A stretch of 63,209 nucleotides of DNA, the filler included, from Vezdaea acicularis (lineage: Eukaryota), in NCBI GenBank assembly GCA_026025075.1. It is 2 parts of 2 records of this genome, joined end to end, with 100 filler letters (N's around TTAATTAATTAA, not from the genome) between each part and the next. Parts side by side here need not be neighbours in the genome. Positions count along the whole stretch, not along the records: positions 1 to 31,945 come from JAPEUI010000160.1; 1 more part is not named here. The stretch is one strand, 5' to 3'. A program made the position numbers and the translations under genes. Shown in pieces: positions 1 to 12,586 of the stretch. Positions within the stretch are counted from its first letter, which is position 1; each line of letters opens with the position of its first letter. The notes beneath the pieces are model-generated. The model worked only from the letters and a program-made list of their open reading frames with translations. It searched no databases and was not told the DNA's origin.

Positions 1-608
1 TCCCACGCTAGGCAAGAGAGACTTTTTTCCATCGGCAGACCAATCCAGTGCTGGGTTCATTTTTCCAGTATGGCAGGACGTGATCAGCTCCACGAGTTCG
101 CAGGTCGGACGAAATGGGGTTATGAGTATTAGTGCCGGCCGTGCAGAGAAAAAGGGAGAGAGAGAAGAGGATGCATAAGTCGGTAGCGATTGTTTAATTG
201 GTTGTGTACAATCCAGACATGGTCATGAGCGAGTGTTGAAATCAGAGTAGACACCAGGTGTGATTGCGCCGAACGAATGTGCTGTGCTGTGTATTTGATG
301 AAGCAGAGTAGGAAAAGGAAGGCGTAACGGATGCAAGAACTTCAGGCTTGCGCGAGATTTGGGTTTTATGGTTGATAACATGTACAGAGGGGAAATCGGC
401 AGGACAGTGACCATGATTGCTCGAGACGGCCAGGTGACGGCCAGATCCGAAACGACTCTATACAGATATATGCAATTAGGGGAGGATCTTCACAGGTCCT
501 CAGGCGAAGGCTGGAAAGAGAATTAGCACACGAAGATTGGGGAATGAAGCACACGTTGGAACCCCCAACAGAAGCTACTCACCATAACAATAAACAGACG
601 CAAGCGGC

Positions 609-2214
609 CTATCTACTACCGCAGCATAGGACCTTCAATATCTTCTGCAGGGCGCTTCGCTCTGGCTCCTGGCCCGGTCGCGGCGGCGGCTGATGATGGT
701 TGTTGACCGCCGACTGCAGATTGTTCGTCGCGTTCATCCCCCGCACGTTCAAATTCGAGATATTGGGGTTGCTCGTCTGGAACTGGGCCTGCGTCGAAGC
801 CGTCGGCGTCGCCACGTCCCCCAGTCCCCCCGCCGCTCCGCTTGCTCGCTTTGGTGGCATCGCGCCGGAGGCGCTTTGCCGCTCGCGCGTTTTGCCCACT
901 CCGGGCTTGGCCGGAGATGGGGGCGGGGGTTGCGCGGCGTTTAAACGGGCGGCGGTGAGATGGCCCTGAGTCGTATTCTGTCCTCGTTGAGCTGAGTTTC
1001 CTCGGACCTCTCTGGCAGACGCATCGGGTACGGCGTTGGCAGCGGTGAGGTGGTGCGAGCCGTATGGCTTGGCTGCCTCCCATCCCTTTCCATTATTAAG
1101 CTTCATCCAGTCGTATTCCCCATCCTCAACTTCACCCGTGTTCTTCAGCGCCTGGGTAAACAGATCTCGTAGGTAATCGTAATCAGGGGTGTCTTCGAAA
1201 CCGAGGTTACGGACATAGCTGAGATATTTGTTGAACTCCTCTGCAAGACAGAATTAGCTATCAACAACCTTGAATGTTCCTGATGTACATAAAAAAGCAC
1301 CTTTACCTGGGAAGCCATCACAGAGATCCTTAATCGCAGTGGTCTGCTTCTTCTCTCCAATCTTCTCGTACTTTTGTTTGTTGGTAGCAGCCTTCAAGCC
1401 CTGCCATGGCAAACCTCCTCTCAAGAAATACATGAAGACATGACCAAGAGCCTCAAGGTCGTCCCTCCTCGATTGTTCTCTGCCCAGGTGTGTATTGATG
1501 CTCATGTAACGAGCGGTGCCGGACAATGACTTCCGCTCCCTGTAAGGAATGTGTTGCTTTGTCTTCGGGTCACGGTACTGTTTAGCCATGCCAAAGTCGA
1601 CGACATGAATGACGTTCGCCGACTTGGAGTTAGGTCGACCGATCAGGAAATTGTCCGGTTTGATATCACGATAGATGAGATTCTTCTCATGTATTGTTTG
1701 TACTCGCGAGAGCTAGTGAACAGTCAGTACGGTAGTGAAGGCATCTGATACTAGATCCATACCATTTGCTTCGCAACCATGACCACCGTTTTTGTGGAAA
1801 ACTTGCGTTGACAAAGGTCGAAGAGGTCCTCCAAGCTTGGGCCGAGTAAGTCGATGACAAGGATGTTGTGTAGGCCTTCCTGGCCAAAGTAGTAGACATT
1901 CGGAATGCCAGCTATAGACAATGTTAACAGGAGGCCAGATGTAGAAGGGGCGATAACCTACGACACCCAACAAGAATCTTGTATGTCCGATATTCATCTC
2001 GAAGCTGTGGTGCATCGCTTTTTCGAGGTTCCTGTAACACATTAGCGATGAATTTCCTTTGGGATATAAGGAATCTACGAACAAACTTGATGGCGACCTG
2101 TTGATTATTGAGAAGGTTGGTGCCTTCGAAGATCACACCAAAGGAGCCTTCTCCAATCTTCTTGCCCACCCGATAATGCACACCCACCACGTTAGATGAG
2201 GAAGAAGATGACAT
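609..2214 (-). CDS. YCK2: Casein kinase I, membrane-anchored gamma/Yck1-Yck2/Cki type
   Basis: Exons 2214-2083, 2031-1962, 1911-1763, 1712-1307, 1240-609 with canonical GT-AG introns. Motifs [42 protein letters not shown]-terminal di-Cys (VLCCGSR) typical of palmitoylated CK1s. Confidence 0.95.
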
Positions 2215-2313
2215 TGTTATTATGGGTCCCCACGTGTGGGATGTGTCACAGCCTTAAAAGACCACCGGCGGGCAGGGGTCGATGGCTCGTGGTCGATGCC
2301 AGCTGCGCTTGAG

Positions 2314-2482
2314 CTATCCAGATGAAAAGTATTAGAGGTGGATGCTAAGCGACAGCACGTTAGATGAGCTGGATGGGGGGAAAGGAAGCTTTCAAGGTGA
2401 AGAGCTCCATCTCATTGACGATGGCAGACAGAAGTACCAGAAAACATGACATCTGAAGTACTGAAGATGGAATGTCACTCAC
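2314..2482 (-). other. Probable 5' UTR intron of the CK1 gene
   Basis: GTGAGT donor at 2482, CTAAT branch near 2335, TAG acceptor at 2314, 100 nt upstream of the ATG. Confidence 0.55.
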
Positions 2483-2975
2483 CGATCAGCCGTGCGCGAA
2501 GGTGGCACAGAGGCCTCACAACGTAGCGTAGCAGCCGCTCCAACAGCTCTGGTGCCAACCGACGCGGACCGGTCACGCAGCCCACGTGAGGCGTGCTCTG
2601 ATAGATGTTGTTGCAAGGGTTAATTGACTGGACATGCAGGATAGGGCCGATGCGTAGACGTAGACGTAAGCGTGGCGGAGGATTATTGTGTTGGGTTGGT
2701 TAGGAATGGGGTGAAGGTGAGCGGAAAGTCTGGTCGTGGGTCGAAGTAAAAGGAGCGAAGCCCTTTTTTTAGTCGGGCGAGACCCACCAGAAGCGCGACG
2801 TGGGCCTGGGCCTCTTGCGGTCGACGGCGGCTGCGTCCGTGGTCGGAAGACGGAGGAGCGACGTGCCTGGTGGTCCAAGGCGGTCGCAACGCTCTCACGG
2901 ACGAGGTCGACGATGATGGATGATCGGAGGGAGGGAAGGCAGTTCCTGACCGACACGGGAACGAGGGCTGTGGTG

Positions 2976-3003
2976 TGGAGGCTGGAGGCTGGAGGCTGGA
3001 GGC
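2976..3003. repeat. (GGAGGCT)n heptamer tandem repeat, about 4 copies
   Basis: tggaggctggaggctggaggctggaggc read directly upstream of CK1. Confidence 0.8.
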
Positions 3004-4035
3004 GGAGAGAGAGTTGCAAACGCTGGAGCGGACGGGCATTTTAGGTAAGGTACGGGGCACCCACCAGCGAGCCCTCTTGGCGTCTCGCTTCGAGAGCAGA
3101 ATAGGACTACTGGGGCATTCCGACGCTGCAGAGCGCCGCAAGCCCACAGAGAACAACCTCTGCTCACCCCAAGTCGCGACTGCGCCCACAACAGTGGTCA
3201 TGACTACGATTAGCCCATACAAAGTGCTCTATTCCTCATCACTGCTGATAACAGCCATTCCTACGACGCGGGCGGGTCAGTAAACCTCAATCAATACCTA
3301 TGACCACCGCCCTTTACCCCCCACGATATTCGCCAGCAACCCAAGATTGATCGCCGCCGAACACCTCACGAGCATGGACCCCAGGATGACCCCAGCGTCC
3401 GAACCACCACTCTGCAGGATCGCCAGTTCCGAAGCTGCAGCAACGGAAGTTTTCGGTCGGGAGAGCGTATACCGTACCTTTCGTACCATCCGCCCTCGAG
3501 AAAGAAATGTCACCGGTGTGCCAAGCCCCACGCCAGCTTATTTATAGGAGGCCCCAACCATGGCGTCGCCCCTCTGGAAAACCCAGCCAGTGATTGGTAG
3601 CGAGGGAAGCTGGAAAAGACACCCAGTCAGCGGACGAAAGCTTGATTGCTAGTGCTGCCAGCTCGATCGTTTCATCTAGCAACTAGCTGCATCGCTGATC
3701 TGGGCTTTGTATCGTGCTTCTCGAAATGGCGTCGTGGACTGACGCGCTTGTCTACACGATGACAGTTCAATGAGACCGGAATGGACGGGCCGGCTTGTGC
3801 GATTGCAAATGCATGAGACCAATTATCAGATATGTGACTGACAAATACTTCTCTAGTTCGGTGATGGGATCCGCCCCGTGCAATACCCAAGCCGTCTTGC
3901 TTTCCATCCCCAATGATTAAAGGGTATGGTACATGCTATGCTTTTTTGCAACGTCCAGCTGCCCGCTGGAAAGGAAACGCCTCCCACGCCCCAGCATGCT
4001 CCCCGCTCTCCTGCACGCAATCCCCACAAGCACCT

Positions 4036-7000
4036 CTAATGCATATTCACGTCGCCATCCTCGTCCCTCGGATCGAAGCCATCCTGCCAAGGCGCCGGTG
4101 GGTTGTCCGACCTTAGGGCTGCCTCAAGTTCCTGCCTCTGCTGTTCTCGCTCGTCCCTTGACTCTTGCCTTGCCTCCGCAGTTTGCCTTGCGACCAGCTT
4201 GAGCCCAATAAACCACTCGGACAGACGGCCCTTGTCGATTAGTTCACGAAGCTCTTGTGCCTCCCTTCTCATGTCCCCGGCGTACAAAGCCCGCAGCTCG
4301 AGTGGATAGTGATCCCCCAGGTCTGAGGCATCACATCCGGCATCAAACACCTCTTCTGGACTAAGTGGCTGGCCACGGGTGGGGTCCTCCCACATCCCTA
4401 AAACGATAAGTGAGCCGATGCCTATGGATAAAACAGGGGGATACAAACCATGCTCGTAGCCTTCTGCGAGAGTCGCAAAGAGCGCAGTCCCCCGAGCAAG
4501 TCTTTCCTGAGTCTCATCTTCTTTGTCAAGAGTGTTATTAATTGCTATCCAATCATCTCGGAGCATGCATCTTCGCCACACGATGCGCTCCAGGGTTTTG
4601 GGGGGAAATTCACTTTCCCAGTTGCCAGTATAAACGACTCTGAGGGCATGGTAAAACTCCGTCCCAGCCAACGGGTTTGGGGCGTCAGGCTGCGCATAGC
4701 AATTCATCGATGTGAGCGTGTTGATGAGTTCGGTTTTGCTCAGGCACTGCTGCTTAACGACTTTCGCAAGGGCTCCTTCAAGCATGGCTTCGACCTTAGG
4801 CTTTCCCGTTGTGTACTTCTGCTCCACTGCCTCGAGGAACAACTGGACTCTTGCATCTTCGTCGATCGCGCCCTCAACCACAGGCTGAACGTTCTCCCAA
4901 ATCATTTCCTGGACGTATATTGTTGTGAACTTAGAGTCGTACAGGTTAGAGCTGTCGGCGAGAACGTTGTCGACGGTCTCGCTTTGCGACCCTTCGGCAG
5001 CAGCTAAGACGGCAAGCTTTGATATGCTTGTCTCAATCTTCTGGGACCACAAATTATGCTCTGGGCCACCCAGTCCAAGCAAAGTGGTCGAAGCCTTATA
5101 GTAGTCTTTCTCTCCAAGAACAGCGTTAATCCAACTCAATTTCGCGTATCGCTGGTGGCTCTCTAAGAACTTCGTAAGATGTGGTTGCCACCGGGTAAAG
5201 TTGCTCATCAACGGTCCGCACTTCTTCTGCTCAATCAATTGACTGAAAAGTGCGTTCGCCCATTCGTCGCCGAACATCTCGAAGTATCGATCGATTCGGG
5301 CGTTTACGTCTAGCACTACTGGCTGGGTATCCTGGTCTGTGAGACCCTTGTTCTGGCGTTCCGAGACCACGTCTATACAGAAAAGAAGCATAATTGCAAT
5401 AGTCTCCGTCATCTTATACGCTTCAGCTATCGCAAGGCCTTTTTCTAGTAATCCCATTGGCAAAAGATTCAAGATGAGATTGTGCCGAGACTCGATGAAT
5501 TCTTGGTGAGCTTTATACCCGACGTTCCTCACGAGCTCATCGTTCTGAGCTTCACGATATCGATAATACTCAGTGGATGCACTGAAGAAGGTGTCTATCA
5601 GCCGAATGTGGTCGGCACGAAGTTTCTCGACGAGTTGGGGTTCTGCGACTTCGGGGCTTGGTTTCTTCTGCCAACTTTCGTTGATAGAACTCTGAGCAAT
5701 TTCAATCAGTTGCTGTATGATACCAGGAAGATCTGATTGCGAAGTCCAAAATTCGGGTAACCCTTCATATTCCTCCCCTTGCACGTAGAGACCCTGAGCC
5801 ATAGACTCTGCAGGGAGACAGTACAAAGCAGCGTTTTCTTGTCGAAATTTGAACGCAGTCTCTAAGGCACCAATCATAATATCGTCGGCCTCCCCAATGA
5901 ATCTTACAGTTGCGGTTGCGTCGTGAATGCCTTGTTCGGCCTTGACAATTAGAGCCTCAAAGGCCCAACCTAGTAGTTGCTCAATTTTGCCTGCATCCCT
6001 AATGAACCAGTGCCTGACGGGATCCACTTCACCGACTTCAGGTCTCGCTTCAGTCTTGGATGGCTTGGGGAGATATTTTGTGATTGCAAGGAGCAGGGTT
6101 TCCTCGTCGGCAACAGGTCGGTCATCCTCCATCTTATCGTCATCCTGTTGCTGAGAATTTTTGTATTTCAAGGTCCGATCATATAGTCTCCATACAGCTC
6201 TTGACGCCGCAAGCTTTTCAGCATCCCAGAGAAGGCGCCACCTGGTTGTTCGAGAGAGATCGAGCCCAGTACTTTGTAAATAGATTGCCAAATTCCTTAT
6301 CGCTGTCGAGCGGTCCCTCATTTGAGAATCTAGCGAAGGCGTCACAACTGGAATCGCCTTGTTCGAGGAAGTAAGAATATCTTGGCTGATTTCAATTGCA
6401 GCGGATTCAACTTCTTGTGTCGAAAACTGCAGTTCAGGTCGTCCAGCAAAATTGAGAAGTTTATGTGGCCCCGTGCCGTAGAAGATAGCTTGTTCAATCT
6501 TACTCTTGGCCGAGAGCGTCCCGATTTCAGCTGTGTAGTTCCCAGGCGCGGGTAGTAGTGAGGCCATCCGTATGATGCCGAATCCTTTAACGAGGACGAC
6601 ACAACCCGGATTCTTGAATTTAGCTCTGCTGGAGTGCTCGTCGTCGTCTGGAGTGCCACTTCTTAGAGAGTCTTCGGTGCCGCAGCCGACTATCTCTGCT
6701 TTCACGCCATCACGGAAATCAACAACATCCTGGAATGGTAGAGAACCTGAATGAGCCTCCCCAAAAAGCTGTTGTTCGGATGGATGCGACGGACCAGCCA
6801 CCGATGCCAATACAATGGCGCGTGAGAAGACGATAAATGCAATGTTACCCGGTAAAGGAAGAAGGACTCTCGGTGCTGTTGATGATCCATCCAGCGACTG
6901 TTCGTAGCAGCGTATTCGATGAATACCCTCGACAGCGACTACCCCAAGCCCAACTTCTAACCTGGCCAAAACATAGGTTGTACGAATTCTGCTCAAGAAG

Positions 7001-8295
7001 GCTACGAGCGCTACAACTTTCAGTTTCCCGTCGCCGACAACATCGAAGTCTTGTCTTTCCGAGGGAACAACCACCACGTCCAGAACTTCGAAAGTCTTGT
7101 CCCTGGTATCCATCAGGTCCTGGCTTGCACTCACTATGACGTCTCTTGCATTTGATTCGCCTTTGAGACTATAGTGTCCTCCTCGATGAATGACCCAAGT
7201 TTGCAGGTCCCCTAGCGAGGAAATAACAAGGAACTCTCTATCCAGTTGTTTTGATAGTCGACCAGCCCTAACCGCCACGATATCTCGTCGCCAACTCGCT
7301 GCGCCAAATACGCTCTTGATGCCACCAAATAAACCACCAGCGTTCGTCTGATGCTTGCTCAAGACGTGTGTCGAGATCTGCGGTCTGCCTTGAGAGTCTC
7401 TAAGACTTAGGTGTACGATTCTACCGCTATTCAGTCGTAAAATAAAGCCAACAGGCTCGGCACGCATTATTTGTTCCACGGATTCGCTTGAGTACATCCC
7501 GTTGATCGAACCTTCCAGGCTGTGGCGGCTTTGTCTACTCCTGTCTAACGCAGCGCTGGAGGCAGACTCCCAAAATGTGATCATTCCCGTCGTAGGCATT
7601 ACAATGACAAGACCAATGTCTGTAGGGGTGGCGGACGAATATACAAGCGACCCAAGTGGTAACGGATCTCCATGGTGCTTAGATGGATGCGGAATGTCAA
7701 ATGTAAAAGTCTCTGGAGAGGAGATTGTTGTGGTGTATGGCCAAACAAAAGCCGTGGTAGGTGTCAAGGCAAGCGCATATCCAGGAGTAGCATCCGTGTA
7801 TAGGGCGCCCTGCATGTCATCTGAGAGACATCAGCAATGTATCTATGCCGAGATTAGATGGATACCTACCATCTGGACGATTGCGTATCCGATCTGGCAA
7901 CGCAGGGAGTTGAGTTACGATATAATTACTATTCTTTGTCTATTGTACGGCATTTCAGTCACTGCTTGAGAGTTTTAAGTCAATTCATGCGCTACACTTA
8001 CTAGGACCAAGCCAGGATCAACTTTATTGCCACGTTCTCCTAGCTTCTTGCTTTCCCTCACCACCATCTGCTTACTTCCGAGAGTTGATCGGTGTACCTT
8101 TCCCGTCCCACCAGCCGAACCATTCATCGATGGCTGGGGAGGAGGAGTAAAGGTATCCTCACTGAGGACGCTGCGCTGTCTCTTTGCTCTTGGCATGGAA
8201 AGGCCATTCTCTCCCGAATGGGTTCGTTGACGACGGCGAGGATTTCGCAGACTCTGCGCTGGAGGGTTGGCCCGTGAAGAGCTCGTTGCAAACAT
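4036..8295 (-). CDS. NUP133: Nucleoporin Nup133 (Y-complex)
   Basis: Exons 8295-8002, 7939-7870, 7820-4449, 4397-4036. N-terminal beta-propeller region (TKNSNYIVTQLPALPD; GLVIVMPTTGMITFWES) and helical C-terminus (LSWIN; IETSISKLA; IVWRRCMLRDDW). The 51-nt intron 4448-4398 is read through in the ORF track. Confidence 0.9.
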
Positions 8296-9064
8296 CTTGG
8301 CCGTTCAACACGCACAGGGTATCTCTTTGCACCAGTTTTGCCCTCACCTGGTGAAGAGTGTGACCATCGAGGGCGTTATATTGAGGTGAGGTGAAGTGTT
8401 GCGGCCTTCGATTTGTTTTTGCGAGCGCGGTACCTGAGCTCCAAGCTACAGTAGCGAACGAACGCCAGGTAAATTCTGCCAGCAACTTCTCCGCCTGGGG
8501 AATGCCGAACGACAGGGACGCGACTCGGTATGTTTGATTCTGTTTGCCTTTTCCCAATTAGCCTGGAATTCTGGACTTGTTTCGAAACAAGTTATCTAAT
8601 GGTCGCGCTCAATTTAAAGAATTCAGAGGATGCTAGTATTGGAATTCCAGATTATTTCTTTGTTATTGGAGGAACTGAACACTCCCTTTGACCACTGCTC
8701 ATGCACATGTTCAGCTGTGGTTGGTCAATCGCTTGATACCAACGCTCGAAGAAGACCGCTGACTCTCGACAGACGTCCTATACGGATCCATAAGCTATCA
8801 TAATCCTCGACTTTATGTACGTATTTCCATAAAAATTCCATGCAAAATCAATTGATTGATTCTTCGTATTTATTTCTACATATCTGCAAAGTTGTCTAGT
8901 GATTAATGCATGCTCGCAGCGAAAGCTTCAACGACAACGTCGAGGCGAGGCTCTATCGCATCATTCTTTTACCCCCTATGCCGAAACCCGACGCACGATG
9001 CAAGCCTCTAACCGATGTTTCCAAATTGCATACAGAAACCAAGAGATATCGCCTCCAGAAGAGC

Positions 9065-10126
9065 TCAAAGCTGCACGTCGTTATTGAGTAATCGGACCTC
9101 TTCCCCGGGCTTGAAAGCAGGTAGACCAATGTAAGGGCAACCATCGCACCGGAACGCGTCTCCAAGCGAACAGTTTCCACAGCTGCCAACCTTACCTTGC
9201 ACGGTAAAATCCACTTCGTTGAGATCGTCAGCTCCAAGCTTCAGTGAACCAAGCGCCTTGTCTGCGATGTCCCGCTTCGATGCATCCTCGGCCTCGATTT
9301 TTTCTCGCAGACCACAGGTACAGTCCTTGCATGCTCTTCGACGCTTGCCAGCCTTTGGACGGCATTCCGGTGCTGTGAGAATGTCGCGATAAGTCAGACT
9401 ATTCAATTGACCATGGAATTGGAACTTACGCTGCTGTATCGGGCGGGCCATATCCTCTTCATCTAGCAAGGTATCCTCGTCGATCAGGTCGTCGTCGTCC
9501 ACAGGAGCATCAAAGTCGTCACTGAAATCCACGAAGCCCACGCCCGCGGTTCTCGAAGGCTCCAAGGCAGCACTTTTCCTCTTGTTCGATATCGTGTCAT
9601 TGGTCGTGTTCGGTCTAGCATCCAATGACCTAGATTCTCCATTTACTTTTATCTTGCCGAATCGCAGAGGGACAGACTGCGTGGCTCCTGAGGAAGGCTT
9701 TGCCATTTCTCCGGCCGAACCTTTAACTAAGCCTGCTAACACCGCTTCATTGTACTCCTGGGACCCTTCACTGGAGCAATACGTCCCGTCCTGACTCCGC
9801 AAGACACCACCTGGCTTCAGAGATAGTACTATCCTATCTAGGACAATTCGACCCAAGAGCTTGCTTGACTCCGTTCTCGTCCCATCTGGATCCGCCAAGA
9901 TCATGACTGATGCATAAGTTGAAGCAGGTAGTGAAATAACCCCTGCCGCGAGTCTGTCCAACATCTGAAGATCAGTCACACTCTGATCATGATTGGTGAG
10001 GACTTTTTCTAACGCCTCTGGATGCGATGACAGAGACGGCGGTGCGAGAAGAAGTGCTCTCGCAAAGGAAGGCTCGGGGAATGGGGCGAAATCGGAGGCA
10101 TTATCAATGGTCACACCTGGAGCCAT
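9065..10126 (-). CDS. DRE2: Fe-S cluster assembly protein Dre2 / anamorsin
   Basis: Exons 10126-9430 and 9372-9065 (57-nt in-frame intron). Cys motifs C-x10-CKDCTC and CGNC-x7-CDGC, acidic linker, methyltransferase-like N-terminus. Confidence 0.95.
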   Translation of the reverse strand: MAPGVTIDNASDFAPFPEPSFARALLLAPPSLSSHPEALEKVLTNHDQSVTDLQMLDRLAAGVISLPASTYASVMILADPDGTRTESSKLLGRIVLDRIVLSLKPGGVLRSQDGTYCSSEGSQEYNEAVLAGLVKGSAGEMAKPSSGATQSVPLRFGKIKVNGESRSLDARPNTTNDTISNKRKSAALEPSRTAGVGFVDFSDDFDAPVDDDDLIDEDTLLDEEDMARPIQQRKFQFHGQLNSLTYRDILTAPECRPKAGKRRRACKDCTCGLREKIEAEDASKRDIADKALGSLKLGADDLNEVDFTVQGKVGSCGNCSLGDAFRCDGCPYIGLPAFKPGEEVRLLNNDVQL

Positions 10127-11163
10127 GACCGTGAGACTGAAATCGCTTTCACACAGCTAATTATGATGAACGGACAAGGGTAGTCGTCTTAGAAAGCTGC
10201 TTTCGCTGTATGGTCCCCAGTGAATTGAGAAGGGCGTTAGAGTCATGTGCATAAAATCAGAGAAATCATAAATGGTGGGGCGCCGTGCACAACTTTTCGC
10301 GTCGCTCGGTTCCAGCTGAAGTATTCATAAGCAGCCTAATGACGCATCAGGTAGCTTAGGCGAGACCCCGGATGCCCAGGGACGGTGTCTTTAGTCTCAA
10401 AAGCGCATTCAGGAACGCAGAGACGAAGGGTTGATCAGAGCAGAGCAGAGCAGTGCCATCCTACATGGTCCTAGACTGAAAAAGGTGCAGCAAGGTATGA
10501 TCCTAGCTTGAGAGGCCCTTTGAGCTTCTAATGTTGGACTTTGGAAGTCTCATATACTGGTAGGGCTGAAGTAAACCTGCACGCGACAATGCAAATTACA
10601 TCCGCGCAGTGGCAGCTACTATGAAATAGAAGCGCATTGATCCTCAACGGGGGTGTAATACATATAACGTGGCATAGTCCTCATCGCAGCTCTGAAATGT
10701 TGTGCTCTGCGCCCAAGATCCAGAGCATACAACGTCTCATAGAAAATGTGTAGTCGATGCAACGCTGAAAGTGATCGAGAACCCCCCCCACGGAGCTTTG
10801 CTGCCTCAACATGCCTTTTCACAATCGGATGAATACAGATTGGTCACGTAAAACTTCACATACGCGCGATCGAGTGTGGCCGCGTCCTCGATCAGCACTA
10901 AGAAACCTTCCGAATGGTAGAAGTTCGTTTCTAAAGGTGACACCGCCTAATTTACCCCGCAACCGATGGAATGCTGGGGAAAGGCCCCGGTGTGACGAGA
11001 CGAGCTCGCGTATGGCCTGATCGACGGCGCCCTCCAGAACCATTGCCCGGAGTCACGCTACCATGTAATAAAGCCAGCCGTGTACAGTTCAACGCGCACT
11101 GCTGCAAGCCAGCACGATATCACAATTGTAGAAGCTCCCGGTAACTGGATCAGGTACGGCCCG

Positions 11164-11253
11164 CCCCTTTTCGGTGAGGTGTTCCCCTTGCAGTGGCGCG
11201 AGGGGGAGGTCACACGCCATGACGAAGCTCCCTAAGAGCTGACCCTTAATAAA
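11164..11253 (+). promoter_or_regulatory. Three STRE-like CCCCT/AGGGG motifs plus TATA-like TAATAAA upstream of the Stf2-like gene
   Basis: CCCCT 11164-11168, CCCCT 11184-11188, AGGGG 11201-11205, TAATAAA near 11247, then a pyrimidine-rich leader. Confidence 0.4.
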
Positions 11254-11393
11254 CGCCATGACCAGGCGCAGCCCTTCCACTCCTCACCTCCCTCACCGAC
11301 ACAACCCCACGTCGACCAGCAACCACACACTCTCTACTTCACTCAGATCCATCAATTCCGGCAATTCCATCTACTCAATTGACAAAAGCAATC

Positions 11394-12072
11394 AGTAAGT
11401 CTCAATATCATTCCCGATCTATAGCTCGAGCAGCTCTGCAGCTCGTCGTCACGGCTGCAAACGACAGAACCTCCTCTCCACATGGAGATCGGACGGGATT
11501 GCAGCCATTATGACTCAGTTCGAAGAGTTCGACTTCCACCTGCAACCGTTGTAACTAACTCTGCCTCCCCTAGTGACCCGATCCCACAAGCTGAATGACC
11601 GTGACCACGTCGGCCTCGCCGACGGTTCCGCTCAACCTGAAGAGCATCTCCCCCGTTACTTCGCCAAGGCTGGCCATGTCGATGCTGACCCCAAGAAGAC
11701 CAAGAAGGATGGTGGCGGGAAGGGTAACTGGTAAGTAGCTTTCGATCGCCCTCGATCGCCCTTCTCTATGTCACTCTTCACATCGCTGCTCGCTGACTGA
11801 CTCTTTATTTGTCCAGGGGCCGTTCGGGTGAGGAGATCCAAGACTACGGCTTCAGTATGACCAATCCTCGCCGCCGCTCCAATTCCTCGTCCTTTGCTGG
11901 TGGTGTCAAGGACTTCAAAACTAAGTTCGAGGCTATCGAAGCGGAGCCGGTCTTCGAGGAGGACCTACATGGACCTGGTCTGGACGATGAATCTATCGAT
12001 GATGATACTGCCGGCGAGAAGGAAAGCACCAGCGGGACTAGTGTCGATGACGATGATGTTAAGAAGTCTTAG
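11394..12072 (+). CDS. STF2: Stf2/Tma10-like small hydrophilic stress protein
   Basis: Exons 11394 (1 coding nt), 11574-11730, 11817-12072 give MTRSHK...PRYFAKAGHVDADPKKTKKDGGGKGNWG...RRRSNS. The ATG is split A|TG by an intron. Confidence 0.85.
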
Positions 12073-12586
12073 AAAGGAAACATAAAGCCCTGCTGCCGCT
12101 GCTGCTGGTCGGTTGGAGAGTATGGTTATGGTTTTCTGTACTTCCTTCCCATCCCGCCTGGTCCTTTGATTTTGAGATTAGGTATTCGTCCCATCTCTCA
12201 GCCATAATCTCCTTATTCCCTCTCAACTCTCAATTGCTTCCTCTTGATGATGGTAGCTAGACTTAGAAGCAGCGATGTTGGCAGTGGCAGGTCTATTCAA
12301 CACAAATGTCTTAATAGCACACAACTGATGACTTATGAACCCAAACACGTTCCGATGCTTCTTGAATAGTTGGTTGGCGCAAATATAGCATTCGAGTATG
12401 CCCATGAGTATTTGACCTTTGAGGGTCGGCAAATTTGGGTTATCGAGAAACCTCGGTGTCGCCGAGTGAAAACCTCTCGCTAGAGCATCTTCAATTTTCT
12501 GTAAAGTTAACCGAAAGCTTCCCAAAAATCCGAGCATCCCTTCAACATCAACCACGGCCCTGCCCTCATTGACCCCCCCAACCACA

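Noticed and set aside
616..1083. Overlapping and antisense ORFs over the CK1 tail, and similar ones at 12223-12765, 14633-15208, 35037-35660 and 53732-54430
   Set aside because: Shadow frames of GC-rich real genes with no recognisable motifs.
4398..4448. Stopless 3n introns (NUP133, DRE2 9373-9429, UFD2 48019-48069) as a general enrichment
   Set aside because: A handful among about 80 short introns is plausible by chance; only those hitting catalytic motifs were kept.
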